A stretch of 59,388 nt of DNA from a virus (taxonomy: Duplodnaviria > Caudoviricetes), in the IMG/VR virus record IMGVR_UViG_3300043159_000017, positions 1-59,388 of that record. One strand, given 5' to 3'. Both the position numbers and the translations under genes were made by a program. The first letter of the stretch is position 1; each line of letters begins with the position of its first letter. This document shows positions 29,561-39,157 of the stretch, in pieces. Under the pieces are notes generated by a model, which had not been told where the DNA came from, did not search any database, and was given only the letters and a program-made list of their open reading frames with translations.

Positions 29561-29864
29561 GCCGCGCTTTGCCCCCAGCCACCTTGGGCACTAAACCATA
29601 CAATTGTACCGACCACAACTCATATCTAAGGGTTGTCCAAGACCAAGGTAGCCTGTGGAAAGCGGTCCCTAGAAAAAATCCGTTCCGCTTGCGTTCACTC
29701 GGCCGATTTCGGCCAGCACCCAGCGCGCGGCGAGGGTGGCGAGCGAAGCGAGCCGGGTGGAGATACTGCCGTACACTACGACCCCTACCCCGGCCGGCCT
29801 CGGCTTCGCTTCGGGCGCGCCCTCCCTCCCCGCAAGGGGGAGGGAAAGCCGTCGGGCTGCCGGT

Positions 29865-30188
29865 TCAGTGATTGGGGATATAGGGCGACTCGTTGCCGTC
29901 GCCGCCGCCGTCGCCGCGGTTGTCCTGCACCGCGGAGGGGCCGGTGAGCGAGTGCTTGAGGTTGGTCTCCGAGCCGCCGAACCCCGCCATGCCGGTCTCG
30001 TTCGGCAGCTCCATGTCGGAGGTGTCGAGCGGGTAGGCGCGCTTGATGGTCTGGGTGCGGTAGCCGGGCAGATCGACGATGCCCGAACTCTCGTGCAGCT
30101 TGGGATTGCCGCGGCCGGTGCCGGCGTCGGTGCCGGCCTTGACCTCGGCCTCGGTGAACTTGCCGAAACGGCCTGGGGATTTTGCCAT
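29865..30188 (-). CDS. Hypothetical phage protein (intact copy)
   Basis: MAKSPGRFG...PYIPNH, AGGAG RBS. Confidence 0.8.
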   Translation of the reverse strand: MAKSPGRFGKFTEAEVKAGTDAGTGRGNPKLHESSGIVDLPGYRTQTIKRAYPLDTSDMELPNETGMAGFGGSETNLKHSLTGPSAVQDNRGDGGGDGNESPYIPNH

Positions 30189-30276
30189 GGGGATTCTCCT
30201 GATGTAGGGCGCAATAGGCCGAAGGCCGTATTGCGCCGGTTGGCGGCGCATTACGCGGCTTCGCCGCTAATGCGCC

Positions 30277-30489
30277 CTACGGCGAATAATCTTCCGCGTC
30301 GCTCTCCGGCGGCCAGTCGACGCGGGTGCCCCCGCCGGCGGGCGGGCGCACGCCGGTCTCGCGATCGGCGCGGGAGAGGCAGGTGTAGCCGTCGCGGCCG
30401 GCGTCGCCGGTCGCGGGGATCTTGCGGTTGTCGGGCAGCGGGTTCGCGGGCGCGATCCGCTCCGGAACGTTGCGCAGGCGGCCAAACAT
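30277..30489 (-). CDS. Small hypothetical phage protein
   Basis: AGGAG RBS; co-oriented. Confidence 0.6.
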   Translation of the reverse strand: MFGRLRNVPERIAPANPLPDNRKIPATGDAGRDGYTCLSRADRETGVRPPAGGGTRVDWPPESDAEDYSP

Positions 30490-30601
30490 TTGGGCTCCTT
30501 TGGAGCGCGAATAGCGAATAGCGAGTAGCGAATAGTGGTTCGCTGCTCTTTCTATTCGCTATTCGCTACTCACTATTCGCTCGGCGGCCGCAGGCCGCCG
30601 T

Positions 30602-31060
30602 CTAGAACCACTTGATGACGACGTAGACGACGCCGGTGCCGGCCGGGGTGCCGCCGACGCCGGCGGTCAGCGTGACGACGAAGGCCGTATCCTTGGGGAT
30701 GCGGGCCTTGTTCATCGCCACGTGGCCGGCGTAGTCGGACAGCGTGATCGGCGGGTTGCCGGTCCATGCTTCCTGGCTGGCGCGCTTCGGGGTCGACGCC
30801 GCGGTGTAGCCCGACGTGGCCGAGGAGCCAAGCCGATAGCGCGCATAGGTCGTGTCGCCCGAGGTGGTGCCGACGTCGACCTCCGGCACGGTGGTGGTGC
30901 CCACCATGTTGGCGCTGATGTCGACGAGGATGTCCTCGACGTGGCCTTCGCGGCCCTTGGGGCCGATGTAGTTGAAGGCCGCCGTGGTGGCGCCGAAGGC
31001 GGACGAGGGGATGGTGATCACCTCCACCTGCGGGATGGCGTAGTGAGCCGGAATGGTCAT
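30602..31060 (-). CDS. Putative capsid decoration/cement protein
   Basis: Directly after the capsid; Thr/Gly-rich beta sandwich ending G...V.V.I.W. Confidence 0.6.
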   Translation of the reverse strand: MTIPAHYAIPQVEVITIPSSAFGATTAAFNYIGPKGREGHVEDILVDISANMVGTTTVPEVDVGTTSGDTTYARYRLGSSATSGYTAASTPKRASQEAWTGNPPITLSDYAGHVAMNKARIPKDTAFVVTLTAGVGGTPAGTGVVYVVIKWF

Positions 31061-31076
31061 GGTTGTGTCCTCCTGC

Positions 31077-32063
31077 TCACGCCGCCGAATCCCACTTCAC
31101 GATGCGCCCGTTGAGCGCGTCGGAGTGGACGAGGCCGAAGCCGCCGAGGTAGTACCAGGCGATGCCCTTGGAGCGGCCGAAGTCGCCGGGGATTTTGGCG
31201 CGGATTTCCTCGGGGATGCACAGCGCCTCGGTGACCGTGTCGCCGCCCATCCAGAACGCCCACGACGACTGGGCGTTGTCCCAGGCGTCGGCGGTCCCGC
31301 CGTACGGGTCCCAGGTGGTCGAATCCGCCGCCCCGCCCTTCGGGATGAAGGTCTGCTCGATGAAGCGGCACGATTCGTAGCGCCCGACCTCGCCGTTGAA
31401 GATGAAGACGATGCCGGTCTCGGTGTACTGGTGGATCGTCTCCAGCTGGTTCTTGAAGTTGCGGTAGGTGGTCGGGTGGCTGATCACCACGTAATCGTCG
31501 GCGATGTAGGGCGGGATGTTGCGCTCCTTCATCGTGTCGACGATCGCCTTCACGTGGCCGGTGCCGAGCGCGACGTTGTTGGTCTGGCTGGCGGTTCCGC
31601 CGGTGTCGAGGGTGATCGAGGTGGTCGAGGTCGCGGTCGAGGCGCGCAGCTGGCAGTTGTTGAACTGCAGCATGGCGGCGATGTCGAAGTATTTGCGCGC
31701 GTCGTCCTTGAGCGTCTTGTCGAGGATCGACACGACGTCGTGCTTGGCGAGATCCGAGAGCTTGCCGGTGTAGGGGATCGAGTTGCCGGCTTCCTGCACC
31801 TGCAGCGAGTGCTGCTGCACGGTGAAGTTACTCTCCGGGATCGGGTCGGTTTCGAGCAGCTGCCGCCCCTGGGTGGCAACGGTCGAATAGACGTTCCAGT
31901 GATACATGTCGCCGCGGTTGAGGCCCTTCTCGGAGCCATCTTTGGCGTCACACAGCTGGCGGAACTTCGTCAACGGCTGCACCTGCTGGCGCAGCACGTC
32001 CGAGAGTTCGTCGCTGTACATGAAGCCACCTTCCGCGGAGACAGACCAAAGTTGGCCCGCCAT
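31077..32063 (-). CDS. Major capsid protein (N4-gp56-like family)
   Basis: 328 aa; FRQLCD..., GEVGRYESCRF, DFGRSKGIAWY motifs; follows the scaffold. Confidence 0.88.
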   Translation of the reverse strand: MAGQLWSVSAEGGFMYSDELSDVLRQQVQPLTKFRQLCDAKDGSEKGLNRGDMYHWNVYSTVATQGRQLLETDPIPESNFTVQQHSLQVQEAGNSIPYTGKLSDLAKHDVVSILDKTLKDDARKYFDIAAMLQFNNCQLRASTATSTTSITLDTGGTASQTNNVALGTGHVKAIVDTMKERNIPPYIADDYVVISHPTTYRNFKNQLETIHQYTETGIVFIFNGEVGRYESCRFIEQTFIPKGGAADSTTWDPYGGTADAWDNAQSSWAFWMGGDTVTEALCIPEEIRAKIPGDFGRSKGIAWYYLGGFGLVHSDALNGRIVKWDSAA

Positions 32064-32107
32064 GGAAGGGGTTCCTTTCTGATTGATGGGCGCAAACCAC
32101 CAACCTC

Positions 32108-32202
32108 GTCATCGCCCGCGCAGGCGGGCGATCCAGTACGCCGTGCATGGCCAGAAGCGAGAGGCCGGGGTTACTGGATGCCCCGCTTTCGCGGGGCATG
32201 AC
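32108..32202. repeat. Palindromic repeat (GTCAT..CCCGCG...CGCGGGGCATGAC type)
   Basis: Inverted termini between scaffold and capsid. Confidence 0.7.
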
Positions 32203-32213
32203 GAGGACGGGGT

Positions 32214-33557
32214 TCACGCCACGATCTGACCGCGGGCTTTCCGCATCGCCATCACGGCCGCGCTGCGCCGCTGAGCCATGGTTTGCTCAGGGAGCGGCGC
32301 TGCCGGCCTTGGCGGCACGGAGGCATTCGCGGGCTGGGTGGGGATGGCCGCGCGGCGCTCCTGGCGAGCCGTGGTGAGCTCGACGCGGGGCGCGGTGGCC
32401 GCGGGATTGGGTTGCGTGGTCGGTTGCGGCGCAGGCTGCGGCGACGGCCGGGGCGCTGGTTTCTCGCCCCGCCAGGTCGCGTATTTGTTGCCCGCCTGTT
32501 CGAAAATCTCGCCGATCGCGCGCACCGGCGCACCGAACGCGCGCAGCTGCGTGTGCAGCCCGTTGCGCTCGTCCTGCGTGCGCGGCAGCTCCTTGAGGAT
32601 GCCCTGGGTGACGGCGGCCTGCAGGTCGGCGTTGATCTCGCGCTGCACCTGGGTGGTGACGGCGTCGCGCGCGAACTCGTCGGAGCCAAGATCCGGATGC
32701 GCCTTCTCGAACGCGGCCAGCGCCCGCTGCGAGGCGGCCAGCTCGTTTTCGATGCGCACCTGACGCGCCGCTTCGCGGGCGGCCTCCTGGCGCGCCTTGG
32801 CGGTCTCGCTCTCGATCGCGCTGCGCAGCTTCGGCCCGGCCGCTTCGGCGCCCTCGAGCTGGATGCTCTGCGCAAGCTCAATGTAGGGATCCGGCCCCGC
32901 CTGCGCCTCGCTACGCTCGGCTTCGGCGGGCAAGCCCTCCGTAGCCCGCAGGGCGGAGGAGGGCTGCCGTGACAGCGCGAGCACATCCTTGGCGGATTCC
33001 AGCAGGTTGCCGGCGGCGAGCGACTTCTGCGCCTCGGCGACCACCTGGTCTTCCGGGATGTGCATCTCGACGCCGTGCACTTTCACCTTAATGAGCCGGG
33101 GCGCCTCGGGAGCGGCAGGGGACGGAGGAACCGGGCCAGCCGGCTGCGCCTGGGTGTCTGCTGGGGGTTGCGCGGGCTGCGATTCCTCCGTCCGCTGCGT
33201 TCCGTCATCGGTCGCCGGCGCGCCCTGCCCTGCATACGGACCGTAGGTCTGCGATGGATCCTGGAAATTGCCGTGGAACTCGACCTGGCCGCCTTGGGCG
33301 GCGCGCTTCTCCTTGAAGCGGGCGGCGATCGAGGCGCGGTTGCGGTCGGTCGCGGTGACGCGCTCGAGCGGCTTCGGTTGCTGGCCCCCGGGCACTTCGT
33401 CCCGGGGGTCGGGCGCGCGCTGTTCCGGTTGCGCGGGATCGGCCGCCGGCGCCGGCGGATTCGGGCTATCGGGCGCCGCCTGGCTCGCGATCTCGCGCGA
33501 GGCCTCGGTCTCGGCGGCGACGCGCGCCGCTTCGGCGGCCGTCTGCAGGTCGGTCAT
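32214..33557 (-). CDS. Capsid scaffolding protein
   Basis: Pro/Ala/Gln-rich, KVKVHG.E motif, helical, basic C-terminus, directly upstream of the capsid. Confidence 0.7.
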   Translation of the reverse strand: MTDLQTAAEAARVAAETEASREIASQAAPDSPNPPAPAADPAQPEQRAPDPRDEVPGGQQPKPLERVTATDRNRASIAARFKEKRAAQGGQVEFHGNFQDPSQTYGPYAGQGAPATDDGTQRTEESQPAQPPADTQAQPAGPVPPSPAAPEAPRLIKVKVHGVEMHIPEDQVVAEAQKSLAAGNLLESAKDVLALSRQPSSALRATEGLPAEAERSEAQAGPDPYIELAQSIQLEGAEAAGPKLRSAIESETAKARQEAAREAARQVRIENELAASQRALAAFEKAHPDLGSDEFARDAVTTQVQREINADLQAAVTQGILKELPRTQDERNGLHTQLRAFGAPVRAIGEIFEQAGNKYATWRGEKPAPRPSPQPAPQPTTQPNPAATAPRVELTTARQERRAAIPTQPANASVPPRPAAPLPEQTMAQRRSAAVMAMRKARGQIVA

Positions 33558-33573
33558 GGGTCCTCACTTGCTT

Positions 33574-33695
33574 GTAGCCCGCATGGAGCGTGTAGCCCGC
33601 ATGGAGCGAAGCGGAATGCGGGGACGGCCGTCCCGGATTACGCGCTTCGCGCTCCATCCGGGCTACGATCGCCTGCGGCGCTCCATCCGGGCTAC
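33574..33695. repeat. GTAG-family REP cluster
   Basis: Two GTAGCCCGCATGGAGCG and two CGCTCCATCCGGGCTAC units; similar to 23491-23565. Confidence 0.85.
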
Positions 33696-33697
33696 GA

Positions 33698-34084
33698 TCA
33701 GATGCCGAGCCGGGCGCGCTCGGCCTGCGCTTGCGCTTTTGCATCGTCCTCTGGAGGCGCAACCAGGATTTCCAGCTCATCGCGTTCGGCGTCGGCGACC
33801 TCGTAGCGCTGGTCGAGCCCTTCGTTGACGATCTCCTTGAGCCAGCGCACGAGATCGGCGAAGCGCTTGACTTCGTTCTGCAGCCGCGTGATCGCCGCCG
33901 CATCGGAGGGCGGGGTATCGACGAGCGCCGCGATCGCGTCGGCGCCCTCGCGCCGCGCCTTCGCCAGCACGGCGACGAGCGGGCGCATGCCGTCTTTGGC
34001 GCGCGCGGTGAGCTGCTCCTCGATGTCGGCGGAGACGAGCGCCGCGCGCTCGAGCGCGAGGGTTGCCACAGGATCGCGCGTCAT
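33698..34084 (-). CDS. Hypothetical helical phage protein upstream of the scaffold
   Basis: 128 aa co-oriented ORF. Confidence 0.7.
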   Translation of the reverse strand: MTRDPVATLALERAALVSADIEEQLTARAKDGMRPLVAVLAKARREGADAIAALVDTPPSDAAAITRLQNEVKRFADLVRWLKEIVNEGLDQRYEVADAERDELEILVAPPEDDAKAQAQAERARLGI

Positions 34085-34095
34085 GGGCTGCGCCC

Positions 34096-34201
34096 GCGAA
34101 TAGCGAATGGCGAATAGCGAATAGAAAGAGGTGCCACGGTCGCGCTTCCCTATTCGCTATTCGCTACTCGCTACTCGCCCTCTTCGCTATTCGCTATTCG
34201 C
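34096..34201. repeat. Inverted GCGAATA heptamer array
   Basis: Same family at 4606-4699, 24064-24143, 30506-30580, 38138-38215, 43548-43628. Confidence 0.85.
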
Positions 34202-35319
34202 GCCAAAAACGCGATCGCGGCTTCGCGCTCCTGCCGGTCGAGTTCGTCGAGGGCCTGCAAGGCCTCCATCGCATCCATGGCGTCGACGTGGTCGGCGATG
34301 GCGTCGACCGTCGCCGCGGCCGGCGCCAACGGTGTGCGCGCAACCGGCCGCGCCGGAGGCCGGTAGAGGTCAAGCGCCGGCGGCCGCAGCTGAGCCAGCT
34401 GCGGCACGAAGGCCGAGCCGAGCACGTCGGCAAGCCGCGCCGGCTGCTGCGACCCGATGACGTCGGCAAACGTCGGCGGCGCGGTCGCCGGCTCGATTTG
34501 GCGCGGCTGTCCCGGTTTCTTGACCTTACGCTGCGGCGGCTCTTCATCTGCCGGCGGGCGCGTCGGATCCGGCAGATACCAGCCACCGCCCCCGCCCAGA
34601 AACGGCAGCGGCAGCGAATCGAACGCGAGGACCTGGTGACTGCCGGCGCCGAGCGCCGGCTTGACCCGCACCGGCTCCGACCACCAGGCGAACCAGCGGT
34701 CGGCGAAGATGATGTCTTCGTCGAACGGCTCGAACTGCTGCTCGGTGGCGGGAACGAGCACCGCAGGGCGGACGCGGGCCGGTTCCGAAAGCGGCTGGAA
34801 CCACCGATCGACGAAGACGACGTCCTCGTCGAAGGGCGAGACCTGCTGCTCGCCCGCGGGCAATGCGGGCCGGACCCGCACCGGCTCGGCGAGCCAGTTC
34901 CACCAGGAGAACGAGACCTTCGGGAACGGATCGGGCGCGAGAAACTGCTGCAACGCGGCCGGCAGCCCCGGCTTGAGCCGCACCGGTTCGGCGAGCGCCG
35001 CATACCAGCCGATCGAGACGATCGGCGCCGGCTCGAACGCGATGACGTGCTGTTCGCCCGCCGGCAGCGCCGGGCGAACCCGCACGGGCTCCGACCATGC
35101 CTGATGCCACCGATCTTCGGTGACGGTCTCGGCGAACGGCGGCGCTTCGACGTAGGTCAGCCCCGACGCGATCAGCGCGACGGCGAGCTGCGGCGCGATC
35201 CTCTGGCGCACCGGCTCCGAAAACGGCTGGTGCCACTTCGACTCCAGGACCGGCTCGCTCGCGCTCGGGACGAGCGCGGCAACGGCCGTCTGGGTCAGGC
35301 CGGTGATGCCGGCGGCCAT
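34171..35319 (-). CDS. Trp/Pro-rich tandem-repeat protein
   Basis: Six repeats of about 31-40 aa with W..(P/A/W).(S/A)EP(V/A)R. Confidence 0.75.
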   Translation of the reverse strand: MAAGITGLTQTAVAALVPSASEPVLESKWHQPFSEPVRQRIAPQLAVALIASGLTYVEAPPFAETVTEDRWHQAWSEPVRVRPALPAGEQHVIAFEPAPIVSIGWYAALAEPVRLKPGLPAALQQFLAPDPFPKVSFSWWNWLAEPVRVRPALPAGEQQVSPFDEDVVFVDRWFQPLSEPARVRPAVLVPATEQQFEPFDEDIIFADRWFAWWSEPVRVKPALGAGSHQVLAFDSLPLPFLGGGGGWYLPDPTRPPADEEPPQRKVKKPGQPRQIEPATAPPTFADVIGSQQPARLADVLGSAFVPQLAQLRPPALDLYRPPARPVARTPLAPAAATVDAIADHVDAMDAMEALQALDELDRQEREAAIAFLARIANSEEGE

Positions 35320-35322
35320 GGC

Positions 35323-36636
35323 TTAAAGCTCCGCGCTGCCGGCAATCCACGCGGTCGTTTTGTTGAAGAAGATCGTTGCGCAGTTTCCAGCCGACAGCCC
35401 GGACGTGCCGCTGAAGCTCGACGTGCCGAGCACGTAGACGGTGCTTTGATCCAACGAACCGGAAGTGAATGCTCCACCATTAGACCCGGCGGCTGTGGCA
35501 CACGATATGTCGCCGATGGCGGACAGCGAAGTCGTCGGGGCTGCGCGCAATTGCACCGGCAGCAGCTGCACCGTGCCGAACACCGCGTTCGATGCGTATG
35601 CCTGCACCGGAGCCAAATAGTCTTGAGTGCTTTGCGAGTTCCTCCGGTAGTAGTAGCGCTGGCAGAACGCCAATTCTGCCGCTACCGGCCGCAGCTCCGG
35701 CGGCGGCGGGTTGGCGTTGAGCCCGGTCGCGACCGCCGGCGTGACGCGGATGTCGCAGGCGGTGATCGAGACCGACTTGCCCGACGTGCCGAAATTGTTG
35801 CCGAAGTCGAAAGTGACCTCGAGGCCGTTATAGGCCACCCCCGAGGAGACAAAGGTATAGGCGACGTTCGTCCAGGCGCCGTTGGCGCAGGATTGCAGGC
35901 TCACCGCGTTGACATCGGTCGTCGGGCTTGCCCAGTTGTCCTGCGCGCCGGCGTGCTTGACCGTGAGCGTCGGTGTGATCGATGCGCCGGTGTTGTTGAA
36001 GACCCACGCCTGCACCGTCACCGTCTGGTTGGCGAGCGGAGCGGCGACGTAGCTTTCGATCCTCTGTTTGACCAGGATGTCGGTGACGCTCGTCGCCCCC
36101 GTCATTGTCAGGTCGTAGTAGACGCCGGCGAGGCCGCCGATATTGCCCGCGGGACCGTTCGCCGCCACCGTGCAGCTCGCCCCGGTCGGCACGACGATCC
36201 AGCCATCGGCCGTATAGGCCCCCGCCGTCGTCACTGTGCTCGAGGACGTGCCGCGCTGCCAGACGTCCATCGCCGGGTTGCGGAACTTGTTGCGAAAGCT
36301 CCCTTGCGGCGCCTGGTTGATGTCCTCCGCGATCTCGGTGATGAAAACCTGCGCGTTGCCGGACAGGCTGATCGCGCCATTCGAGTTCGACGACCACAGC
36401 ACGTTGCGGGTCAGCGTCGTGCCGGACGACGTGTAGACCCCGATCCCGACTTCCCAGGCGTTGTTGGAATCGAGGATGAGGTACGGCACCGACTGGCCGG
36501 TGGCGACGCCCGCCGCGGCGAAGCTCATGAACGCGGCAAGGTTCGGGCTGACGTTGCCGAGCGCCGAACCGAGCGTGAGCGTGCCGGTGCCGGCGGTCGA
36601 CGTCGACATCCCGACGCGGTCGAATGCGATTCCCAT
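35323..36636 (-). CDS. Fibre-like virion protein (head or tail fibre)
   Basis: DRV..STSTAGTGTLTLG, WEVG.G.Y, RN..MDVWQRG, ELAFCQRYY motifs. Confidence 0.75.
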   Translation of the reverse strand: MGIAFDRVGMSTSTAGTGTLTLGSALGNVSPNLAAFMSFAAAGVATGQSVPYLILDSNNAWEVGIGVYTSSGTTLTRNVLWSSNSNGAISLSGNAQVFITEIAEDINQAPQGSFRNKFRNPAMDVWQRGTSSSTVTTAGAYTADGWIVVPTGASCTVAANGPAGNIGGLAGVYYDLTMTGATSVTDILVKQRIESYVAAPLANQTVTVQAWVFNNTGASITPTLTVKHAGAQDNWASPTTDVNAVSLQSCANGAWTNVAYTFVSSGVAYNGLEVTFDFGNNFGTSGKSVSITACDIRVTPAVATGLNANPPPPELRPVAAELAFCQRYYYRRNSQSTQDYLAPVQAYASNAVFGTVQLLPVQLRAAPTTSLSAIGDISCATAAGSNGGAFTSGSLDQSTVYVLGTSSFSGTSGLSAGNCATIFFNKTTAWIAGSAEL

Positions 36637-36642
36637 GTCGGG

Positions 36643-36900
36643 TTATCCCGCCAAAGCGGCGCGCAGCCGCGCCCGCGCTTCCATCTGCTCGAGCCTTTTC
36701 AGGAACGGCACGCACGCCCGCCCGACGCAAGCCGGGCAGATCAGGCCCATGCACTGCTTGCACAGGCCGCCGATGTCCGCGGGATCCGTGCGCGGCTTGA
36801 CGTGAACGATCGAGTTGCAGTGGGCGCACGTGATCGTGTCCCACTCTTTGACTCCTGCCTCCGGATCGGAGAGGCAAGCGTAGCCGCCCGGGCGGAGCAT
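36643..36900 (-). CDS. Small Cys-rich zinc-finger-like protein
   Basis: CAHC, CKQC, CPAC, C. Confidence 0.7.
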   Translation of the reverse strand: MLRPGGYACLSDPEAGVKEWDTITCAHCNSIVHVKPRTDPADIGGLCKQCMGLICPACVGRACVPFLKRLEQMEARARLRAALAG

Positions 36901-36907
36901 CTCAGCG

Positions 36908-37028
36908 TTCCCCGGACGCACCGCAGCGCGCAGCGGTGCGGTGCTGATCCGGGGTCCACGCGTGTCGCTCCTGGACCCCGGGTCTGCGGCGCACGCCGCT
37001 GACGCGGCGCAGCGCCGCGCCCGGGGAA
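36908..37028. repeat. Palindromic repeat (CCCCGGA..GCAGC...GCTGATCCGGGGTCC family)
   Basis: Same family as 2931-3053 inside rlpA. Confidence 0.8.
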
Positions 37029-37035
37029 AGCATCC

Positions 37036-37494
37036 TCACTGTTCCTCGTACATCCAGTCGCCGGTGGCCGAGCCGGTGTAGCCGCCGGAGAGCGTGCGCA
37101 GCGCGAGCCCGTTCGCCGCGGTCGCCGGGAACACGAGCTCCGAACCAGGGGCTGCGACCCAGCGGTAAGATGCCCGCTGATTGACGCCGACGTTCAGGAG
37201 CGAGGAGCCCGCCGTAATGGTCGGCTCGGCCGTGTAGTTGTTGTTGGCGCTGCCGAGCGCGGCGACGTCGGCCGGATCGAGCGCCTGCGGGGTCACCGAC
37301 GTGGCGGTGCCGGCCGCCGTCATGCGGCTGATGTCCCATTGCAGATAGTTATCGGCCGGCGTGCCGTTGGTGCCGATCAAGAGGTCATAGACCTTGCCGC
37401 GGCGCAGCGACCCGGAGGTCGCGGCGATCGACAGGACGGACTTGTAGGACCCCGAGACGGTCGATTGCGTCCCGGTGATTGCATATTTGGCCAT
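37036..37494 (-). CDS. Putative virion structural protein
   Basis: MAKYAITG..., AGGAG RBS; GTATSVTP.ALD..D motif also present in 4708-5355. Confidence 0.65.
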   Translation of the reverse strand: MAKYAITGTQSTVSGSYKSVLSIAATSGSLRRGKVYDLLIGTNGTPADNYLQWDISRMTAAGTATSVTPQALDPADVAALGSANNNYTAEPTITAGSSLLNVGVNQRASYRWVAAPGSELVFPATAANGLALRTLSGGYTGSATGDWMYEEQ

Positions 37495-37804
37495 CGGTGG
37501 GTCTCCTGAGAGGACGAGCGGGGGAAATGGGCGGCAGAGGCCGCGGCGCATTACGCGGCTCCGCCGCTAATGCGCCCTACGCCTCCCGAAGCTGAGAGGT
37601 GACGCATGCTGCACTGCACAAATCTGTTTGCGAGGTTGCGCCGGTAAGCCGATGATCGTGCTTCGATTTCGGCGCCAGACCTTGCATAGCCGGCATGCGC
37701 CGGGTGGGGTTTGCATCGCCGCCCGATCAGGCGTAATGCTACCGTCCGGTGGGACTTCGTGAGCGGGGCGAAGTCCACGGGGGGAGTTTGCATGCGAGGA
37801 GTAC

Positions 37805-37951
37805 ATGTCGAGCAAACACTTGAGGAAACGCAGCCTCCAAACCCGAAAGGCCGCCGGCAAGAAGCGTAAGCCCGCCAGGCGGACGAGCCTGTTCAAGGCG
37901 ATGAGCTGGTACCAAGCGGCCGCCCGCGCCATCGCCATCAGCCCGACGTAA
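37805..37951 (+). CDS. Very basic 48-aa peptide (below ORF-track cutoff)
   Basis: GAGGAG RBS; MSSKHLRKRSLQTRKAAGKKRKPARRT... Confidence 0.5.
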   Translation: MSSKHLRKRSLQTRKAAGKKRKPARRTSLFKAMSWYQAAARAIAISPT

Positions 37952-38119
37952 CGAGGGTCAGGAAACGGGCGTCGGGAACGCGCTCCTGCGTCGGACGCCT
38001 CTCGCCCTGACTCCTGATGCCTCACTCCCGACACTTCAGGATTCCGATGCGCTCGATCGTAATGATGGCGCTCGCCTGCATCGTCACGCCGGCATGGAAA
38101 AGGTGAAGGATCAGCTGCG

Positions 38120-38482
38120 GTGATCGAACGGAAAGGGGCGAATAGCGAATGGCGAATAGCGAATAGAAAGAGCTGGGTTTCGCTATTCGCTACTCACTAT
38201 TCGCTATTCGCTATCTCGATTGCGGCTGCCATCGCGGGCATCTTCGCCGCCCAGCCCGCCGCGGCCGTCGATTGCGCGCCCTACTGCGACTATACCCACG
38301 ATTACGGGCCGTATGATCTCAGCTGGAAGCAGCCCGGCCGCTATGCCTTCCCGGTCTGCGCGCCAAACGGGGAATGCGCGCCGCACGCCGTGCACGTCTA
38401 TTCGCCCGTTTCGGGCTGGCCCACCTATTGGCCCTACCGCGGCGTGCGCATCACGGTGCGGCCGCGGACCAGGCATCGGTAA
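38120..38482 (+). CDS. Secreted small protein with repeat-derived N-terminus (host-like)
   Basis: CAPYCDYTHDYGPYD...C...G.C.P. Confidence 0.65.
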   Translation: MIERKGANSEWRIANRKSWVSLFATHYSLFAISIAAAIAGIFAAQPAAAVDCAPYCDYTHDYGPYDLSWKQPGRYAFPVCAPNGECAPHAVHVYSPVSGWPTYWPYRGVRITVRPRTRHR

Positions 38483-38649
38483 TCAGGGATCAGGGATCAG
38501 GATTTCGTCAGTCCGACCGAGCCACATCGGCCGCCCGCGCGCGTGCATCACAAAACCAAGCGGCATAGGCGGCCTTCGGCCGCCGTTCTTGCCATCGAAG
38601 AACGCCGACGCGTAGCGTCGGCTATGCGCTGGCGGCAACATCAAAATGA

Positions 38650-38817
38650 TCACTGATTCCTGAATCTGAGAAACGCCCGCGCGGCGATGCGGCGCTGCGC
38701 GCCCAGTTCCTCGAGCGCGAGGAAGATCGCAAGAGCCACTCCGGCGACGATGAAACCGTATTCGATCGTCGTGCCGGACGACGTGTCGGTCAGGAAACGT
38801 GCGAGCAATCCGCGCAC
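38650..38817 (-). CDS. flp: Flp family type IVb pilin (below ORF-track cutoff)
   Basis: VRGLLARFLTDTSSGTTIEYGFIVAGVALAIFLAL; Flp G.T.IEY motif, GTG start with purine-rich RBS. Confidence 0.75.
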   Translation of the reverse strand: MRGLLARFLTDTSSGTTIEYGFIVAGVALAIFLALEELGAQRRIAARAFLRFRNQ

Positions 38818-39157
38818 GACCGGCCCCCTTCCACCGCTTGCCCCCTCCCGCTGCGGTATCAGCCATTTGCTCAGCGGGATTTAAGCCCTTCGGTAAAAAT
38901 ACTTATTAATTGGCACATGTTCTTATCGGCGAACCGGTACCCACTTCGCCGGAACATGCGCTGGAACTTTAGCGAGCCACATTTGCCTCATTTGCACCAC
39001 GCATGAGGCGAGTGTCCCGTGCAAACAATTGCACCATCGCTGCCGGCTTTGCGACTCACTGCAGCCCGAATCGAACGCGACACCGTTGCCGGGGATGGAG
39101 GCGAACGCCGCATCCGCCGCACGGCGGCGGGACGCGTTGCACAGGCGGGAGGGACCA

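Noticed and set aside
24167-30188. Diversity-generating retroelement (TR/VR pairs)
   Set aside because: No reverse transcriptase in the window; differences between copies are not adenine-specific and are mostly at third codon positions
34063-37002. 979-aa plus-strand ORF (and similar long ORFs at 40192-42537, 17390-19144, 50741-52321, 55860-57482)
   Set aside because: Antisense shadows of real high-GC genes; Arg-rich with no motifs
38881-38910. CtrA boxes upstream of flp
   Set aside because: TTAA half-sites are present but the spacing does not match N7
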